A stretch of DNA of 63,773 nt, counting the filler, from Lenisia limosa (Eukaryota > Protista > Breviatea), in assembly GCA_001655205.1 (NCBI GenBank). It is 6 parts of 6 records of this genome, joined end to end, with 100 filler letters (N's around TTAATTAATTAA, not from the genome) between each part and the next. Parts side by side here need not be neighbours in the genome. Positions count along the whole stretch, not along the records: positions 51,882 to 57,818 come from LPNZ01003213.1; positions 57,919 to 63,773 come from LPNZ01007515.1; 4 more parts are not named here. The stretch is one strand, 5' to 3'. The first letter of the stretch is position 1. Each line of letters opens with the position of its first letter. Both the position numbers and the translations under genes were made by a program. Below, piece after piece: positions 57,661 to 63,773 of this stretch. The notes beneath the pieces were generated by a model. That model saw only the letters and a program-made list of their open reading frames with translations. It was not told the origin of the DNA and searched no databases.

Positions 57661-58414
57661 GTCCCTAAGTGTATTACAGTCTGCTCACAATAGAAAAAAA
57701 GAATGAAAAACATATCATATGCTTTATCGATATCATATATTAAAAACATATCATATTATATGTGTATGAATAGATAGCAATGAGGAATAAAAAAAAGGGT
57801 ACCTGGCCGAAGCCGTCCNNNNNNNNNNNNNNNNNNNNNNNNNNNNNNNNNNNNNNNNNNNNTTAATTAATTAANNNNNNNNNNNNNNNNNNNNNNNNNN
57901 NNNNNNNNNNNNNNNNNNTGTCTGTTTTTGAGACGGTTGGAGTTATGTCTGTTTTTGAGAAGGTTGGGCGGAGTATTTGAGTTCATCGGTCCGAAAAAAG
58001 ACTGTATTTCTCGCTTCATCCTTTCCGGCCTTTCAGGACCAAAGCAAAGCAAGCCTTCATTGTAAGAGTTTTTGAGAAAAGAAACAAAAAAGAAGGGGAA
58101 CAATAATATTTTTGGTATTGTTCTGTCCCAAACTACCCTGACTCAAGCGACAGCCTGGTTATTGTATCTCTGTTCTTAAAACTCGTGTGTTGTCAGCCAA
58201 CAGAGTTGATTTTGTGCTTTTTTTTTGTTTCATAAATTGTCCAATTTCACCCCCCCCNNNNNNNNNNNNNNNNNNNNNNNNNNNNNNNNNNNNNNNNNNN
58301 NNNNNNNNNNNNNNNNNNNNNNNNNNNNNNNNNNNNNNNNNNNNNNNNNNNNNNNNNNNNNNNNNNNNNNNNNNNNNNNNNNNNNNNNNNNNNNNNNNNN
58401 NNNNNNNNNNNNNN

Positions 58415-61400
58415 NAGAATTTCGACAAAAAGTGGGGAGGCTTACTTTTGCAGTGCAATCTCTTTACTCCTTACTAGGTGTTCCGTTTGGTCCCAAAAAA
58501 AGACCGAATATCTCGATAAATTCTCGATAAATATTGATATTTAAACAGTCTTTTTCGGACCGTAGGGAAGCCCTCTACTCCTTACATGATTTACATTTCT
58601 CTTTGTAATTCTTTCATTTTTTTCTATCCTCTACTCCACAATATTAGCAGATGATTGGTGGATTAATATTGCATTACCCAATATCTGGCTCATCTATTAA
58701 GGGGTGGCAGCATCTCTAGTTAAAAATAAAAAGTGATAAAAGTGGAAAATATAAGGTTAATTGTTGCAACTACAGATGAGACAAGCTCAATATCTCTTAT
58801 AAGCGTGATGATGTAGACGGCGGCCAGGTATCTTTCTCTCTCCTAATGCTTTCCCATGACATATTATTCTTATCTAGACAATATTCCCAGCTCCCTTAAT
58901 CCCTTACTCCACAACCACACATTATTCACTGCCCTCACGTCTTAGTCCTGTCCAAACTGGAGGCAATGGTAAAGAACCGAAGCCGAGACTCTTTAAAATA
59001 CCTGTTTTCATGCCTGGCATCACAAACTGCGCGAGCCTATTTGGCCGAACATTTCAATAGTGGGGGGTGTTTTTATAACTAGCGATTTTATTGGGAGAGG
59101 GGAATTATATATAATGATCACTACATATCGATATGAGACTGTTAGAATTTGATATATACNNNNNNNNNNNNNNNNNNNNNNNNNNNNNNNNNNNNNNNNN
59201 NNNNNNNNNNNNNNNNNNNNNNNNNNNNNNNTATTCCAAAATGGTATTAAATAGCCAGGCAGTAAGCTTCCGCTGTCAATAGGGCTTCACTTCGGTTCGA
59301 AAAAAGACTGATTTCTTGATAAATACTCGAAAACTATCGATATTTTACCGGTCGTTTTCGAACCGAAGTGAAGCCCAACCTGTCAATTAACAGGAAAATC
59401 CTATGACTCTTGCAGTGTGGAACAACAACGCGGTATACAGCAAGGACCTGCGGCGCATTTTGAGTCACATTGGACGTTTTATTGAAGACACTGAGAGCGA
59501 TCATCGCGTTTTTAAGGCCATTTTGTCCACTCAGGTTCGCGGATTCTTGAGGTTTAAGATAATCTCACTTTTTTAACGATGAACCAAAAATATAGCTCGG
59601 ACTTGTTTTCGTTTTTGTGTTTTTGTCATCTGGCTTTTGTCTAGGTTTAGCGTTGGTTGCACGTGTTTGTTATTGCTTGTTTTTGTTTTTTGTTTGGAGT
59701 CTCAGATTATTCGGTTTGTGATGAGTACCTTTACGCCAATATTCTTCATCGNNNNNNNNNNNNNNNNNNNNNNNNNNNNNNNNNNNNNNNNNNNNNNNNN
59801 NNNNNNNNNNNNNNNNNNNNNNNNNNNNNNNNNNNNNNNNNNNNNNNNNNNNNNNNNNNNNNNNNNNNNNNNNNNNNNNNNNNNNNNNNNNNNNNNNNNN
59901 NNNNNNNNNNNNNNNNNNNNNNNNNNNNNNNNNNNNNNNNNNNNNNNNNNNNNNNNNNNNNNNNNNNNNNNNNNNNNNNNNNNNNNNNNNNNNNNNNNNN
60001 NNNNNNTTTTGACTAATCTATTCCCTCAATTCCCATGTCCCCCTTGCAGACCCTCACGGAGCCTCAAGTCAAGTGCTTTCAGGCCATTATCACCAACTGT
60101 GCCGGTATCAGATCGGTGGGCATAGTACATAGTACTACAATATATCATATGATATTACTGGATATGATAATATATAATCATACATAGTATTACATTTGTT
60201 ATATTATATGTATGTACAATGCGTAGTCTGCATCATTCAATTCAAGTACCATATTCTCGTTACTATTTAGTTTGCCTTTTCTCAGATGTTTATATCGGAG
60301 GCCATGTCGAAAGGACGAACGCCACTCATTGTACTCATGCAACAAGTATGTTTGTGTACAAGATACTACTGAACCAAAAGACAGGGTTGTTTTTATTAAA
60401 TTCTCAAAAATTATCGATTTGATGTTTTTCCGATCGTTGTACAACTTTTATCTCAAACTATTATTGTTTTTCTTGATTTTTACTGATTTTTTGACATTTT
60501 TAATTTATTCAACATAAAGTAACTACCCAGAGTACTATCATTTACTCATTCATTAGGCCTACAAGGGTATTGCAATTGAAGAGATTCCTGCGCTCTTATC
60601 ACAATCGTTCAAACGTAACTGGGGATTTATGAGTATTGTTTTGAAGCCTCCCCCCCCTCTGGGCTTTGTTTGTTTTGTTATTATCAACCCTCGTGTGTTG
60701 TCAGCAAACAGAGTTGATTTGGGTTTTTTTTTTTTGTTTCATAAATTTTCCAATTTTACTCCCCCACCTCATGCCATTCCCCCTTCTGCACAACATACCT
60801 TCTTCTCCTTTTACCCCGATAGTACTCACAAACAGCTTGTCCTTTTACCCCTGTAGTGCTCCTTAACAAGCTTGCCAACCATCGCTATGTCAAGCCAGCT
60901 ACTGTCATACGTAGGAGGTTAAAACTTCTATTTTTTTTTTTTGTGGGATTTTTTTTTTTATATATTGGTTTTTTTCTGTTTTTTCAGCTATTAATACCTG
61001 AAAAACTACTTTGAATATATTATGTCACTTTTGTTTTCTTTCCTATTTCCACCTATCATGACGTCTCAGTGCGGCGTATCATCAGGGGTCTTCCGGCCTT
61101 CGATTGCTACAGGCTTTTCGATGAAGCAATGCAGGCCCCGAATATATCTGTGAGCTGGGGGTAAATAAAGGAGATTTCAATTAAAATGATGGGGGTTTAA
61201 GAGACCATTTTTATTGGAGAGGGAGGGGGTGTCAAGGACCTGAAAACAATACATTATAGAATCCATTTCCAATATATATTTCTCTTGTTTTTTAACAATA
61301 ACGAATGGGATGCTGTGCTGCNNNNNNNNNNNNNNNNNNNNNNNNNNNNNNNNNNNNNNNNNNNNNNNNNNNNNNNNNNNNNNNNNNNNNNNNNNNNNNN

Positions 61401-63380
61401 NNNNNNNNNNNNNNTTTTTTGTTTCATAAATTTTCCAATTTTACCCCCCCCCCTCAGATGCCGTCACCATATATGTATTCTCTAATGCACCTCGTGGCTG
61501 CTAGTATCTTAGCTGCTATGCCTGCTCGAGGCGCTGACCCAAGTGAAGAGGAGGACTTCAGGTGGGATGCTGGGAGGAGGCTTAAATGGAGTTAATTAGG
61601 AAGATATCCAGCTTTTCCTTTCTTTTTTTTTTTTCTAAACTTTTTCCTTTTTTCACCACCCTCTAACACTGCAGAAATCAACTCGGGCGGATCTACTCAG
61701 AAGCAGGGGACCGTTTCGTTGCTCTCGTGCCCTTTATGTCTTCTTTGGAGCCACTGGCAATCTCCGAACATCTTACCGCGGCCTTAGATTTTATCTACTT
61801 CTTCGTACCTCTGAAGGACTTCTTTCCAAGCGATAATGATGTGGGTGCAGGCCTATTCCAAGGGATAATGATGGGGGTGCAGGCCTATTCGGCGGCTGGG
61901 GGTTCTACGTGTTCAATAATGTGTATCAAAATTTTCCGATTACAACATTTTGAGGGGGTCACATCATGGAAAATGGACCCTCAAACTAGGTGTCATCATC
62001 AACATTATTTTCATTATTATCATTATTATCATTATCGTCAGTACCATCACTATCATTGCCACCACTCTCATCACTATTGCAATCCACTAACCCGGTGCTG
62101 CAGAAGTGACTGGCCTGGGCTTTGNNNNNNNNNNNNNNNNNNNNNNNNNNNNNNNNNNNNNNNNNNNNNNNNNNNNNNNNNNNNNNATTAATTTCCTTCG
62201 TTTACCCCCCCCCCCCGCAGCTCCATAAAGACGTCACCTACGATGCTGAGCGCCTCCAGGAGCTTTTGCCACCCTTGGTAGTTACCCCTCAAATGATCAA
62301 CCAAATTGCTGTTTCTCTCGTTCCTCGTCAAATCAAGCCCTTAATACTCCAGTTTAATGGTTTGGGGTTTTTTTTTAAAAAAAAAACTTGCCCTATTTTC
62401 TGTGCACAAAAATATTACTCCCACCACCTTTTTAACTACATGTATATCGATATACTATATGATATAATATATAATTTAGAGCTTCACTTCGGTTCGAAAA
62501 ATACCCGGTAAAATATCGATAATTTTCGAAGATTTATCGAGAAATTCAGTCTTTTTTCGAAACGAAGTGAAGCCCTAATTATTATCAAGTATATATTTTC
62601 TACCTCCAATTTTTTGGATAATAGATAATACTGTATACTTTTTATTCTTAACCCCCAGGTCTCCGCTTACTCCGGAATTTCCTTCAACGACACAGTCTCA
62701 ACTTCATTGAAGTTTGCAGGGTTAAGTGTCGTGATAAATGCTTGGCTTCCCTTCTATCTGAAATAACTGAAAATATCGAATAAAAAATCAGTCATATTCA
62801 GGCTCGGAGTGAAGCTCCAGTCAGATACTCACTTTTTATCAGATACTAAAGTTTTGTCTCTCATTTCTACAGTCCTAACATGTCCACGGTACTCACATTT
62901 CCAGGGCAAATCGGTCATCAATGACCTGGGCATAGTGCAGGCCATTCTCAATATGTCCATCATTCACCTTCCACCCCTCCAAGGCTACACCCAAGTCATC
63001 GCACGAAGGTTTGTTTTAGTGGTTCTTGGCCGCTGAGGGTTGGAAACAATTTCGACACAAAAATTCGACGACTTTTCTTCATAAATCTCCAAAAATCAGT
63101 TCAATTATCCTCCTTTAACATCGTTTCTTGAAGCAAAGTCGTCGAACTTTTTCGGTTCCAACATTTCCAACCCCTGTGGTCAAGTGCTGTTTTAGTCGTC
63201 ATTCTAAGGGGATTACTTAGCTTTCACATGTGTTTCCACACAGTGATATGATAATGCGCTAATCTTCCTTTAATTCCTCAGGAATCAGTTTTGGCACGCT
63301 GCCAGCATTGTGGTTTATCTAGTGCTTCTGAAGGTTGCCGGGCACTTTAGAGATAAAACCCAATCCCGTGTTTGAAACAC
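58415..63380 (+). CDS. Large hypothetical, predominantly alpha-helical protein (many exons, partial)
   Basis: GT-AG bounded open exons, e.g. ENPMTLAVWNNNAVYSKDLRRILSHIGRFIED; AYKGIAIEEIPALLSQSFK; MPSPYMYSLMHLVAASILAAMP; NQLGRIYSEAGDRFVALVPFMSSLEP; LHKDVTYDAERLQELLPPL. No family recognised. Confidence 0.55.
59282..59376. mobile_element. ~95-bp MITE family 1, representative copy
   Basis: Perfect 22-bp TIR GGGCTTCACTTCGGTTCGAAAA...TTTTCGAACCGAAGTGAAGCCC. The copy at 62479-62575 has TA on both sides. Other copies at ~34598, 39613/39821, 43261, 45993, 46586, 49394, 57980, 58476. Confidence 0.92.
63025..63184. mobile_element. ~160-bp hairpin/MITE-like element in intron
   Basis: CTTGGCCGCTGAGGGTTGGAAA...TTCGACGACTTT / AAAGTCGTCGAA...TTTCCAACCCCTGTGGTCAAG: nested inverted repeats. 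Confidence 0.7.
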
Positions 63381-63773
63381 CTTTTTATTATTATTATTAT
63401 ATTGGGCTCATGCATTTGTATTGAGTATTATATATTAAACATGTTATACGACTCATACCTATTTTTTATTCATCGCTAACTGGATATAACCTCCCTACAC
63501 CTCCGGGAAAACGATTAATAAGGAATTGTTAATAATTAAAGAAGGACAATATCCAGAGCAAATAATTTCGAAAATATGATGAATAATTAAGTTTTTTTTG
63601 CAGTAAAGTCTCTATTGAAACTAGGATCATAGAGATCCAGCGGTTGACTGCACAAAGATGGTCATCCAATATTGTAATTATTATCAATCATATGATACCT
63701 ATTATAATAATCTTTTATATCACCTTTATGATATATTTACCCCCTCGCTCCCCAACCATCAATTTACCCCCCC

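Noticed and set aside
22341-57919. Recurrent TTAATTAATTAA motif between N runs, and gene neighbourhoods spanning it (e.g. XPO1 next to the RRM gene)
   Set aside because: It is a synthetic all-frame-stop linker. Genes are cut on both sides, so cross-linker clustering is not evidence of a system.
61842-61890. 32-bp duplication as a case of intron gain by tandem duplication
   Set aside because: The frame logic is equally explained by the duplication lying wholly inside an intron that starts at GAT|GTGGGT. It cannot be supported without transcripts.
61985-62090. His/Tyr-rich peptide HHQHYFHYYHYYHY as a metal-binding protein
   Set aside because: It is (CATTAT)n simple sequence that follows a GT donor and precedes a family A copy, so it is intronic.

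Overview
This is intron-rich nuclear DNA of a microbial eukaryote (GT-AG introns mostly 40-150 nt), not prokaryotic DNA. An amoebozoan-like protist is my guess, which is inference only. Five artificial N-TTAATTAATTAA-N linkers (~22341-22440, 36379-36478, 46942-47061, 51782-51881, 57819-57919) join about six contigs, so gene order across them is not biological. I spliced exons by hand, so gene boundaries are approximate. Recognisable genes: V-ATPase c'' subunit, PLAC8 protein, TBC1D31/WDR67, a TALE homeobox gene with MEINOX- and ELK-like domains, an M3 metallopeptidase, a BTB protein, a protein with a bacterial-type CBM20-like module, a calpain with an N-terminal Zn ribbon, a two-domain adenylate/guanylate cyclase with degenerate catalytic sites, the 3' half of a divergent CRM1/XPO1, a CELF-like RRM protein, a membrane protein with Ig-like repeats and an ankyrin protein. 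Several genes remain hypothetical. Introns are full of short repeats. Best candidate for an undescribed system: two ~100-150 bp repeat families with a shared C-tailed 3' end. Where a host gene is assigned they are co-oriented with it, they sit at intron 3' ends and appear to supply the pyrimidine tract and acceptor (SINE- or introner-like). Second best: the KNOX/MEIS-hybrid homeobox gene. No rRNA, tRNA, CRISPR array or transposase was recognised.
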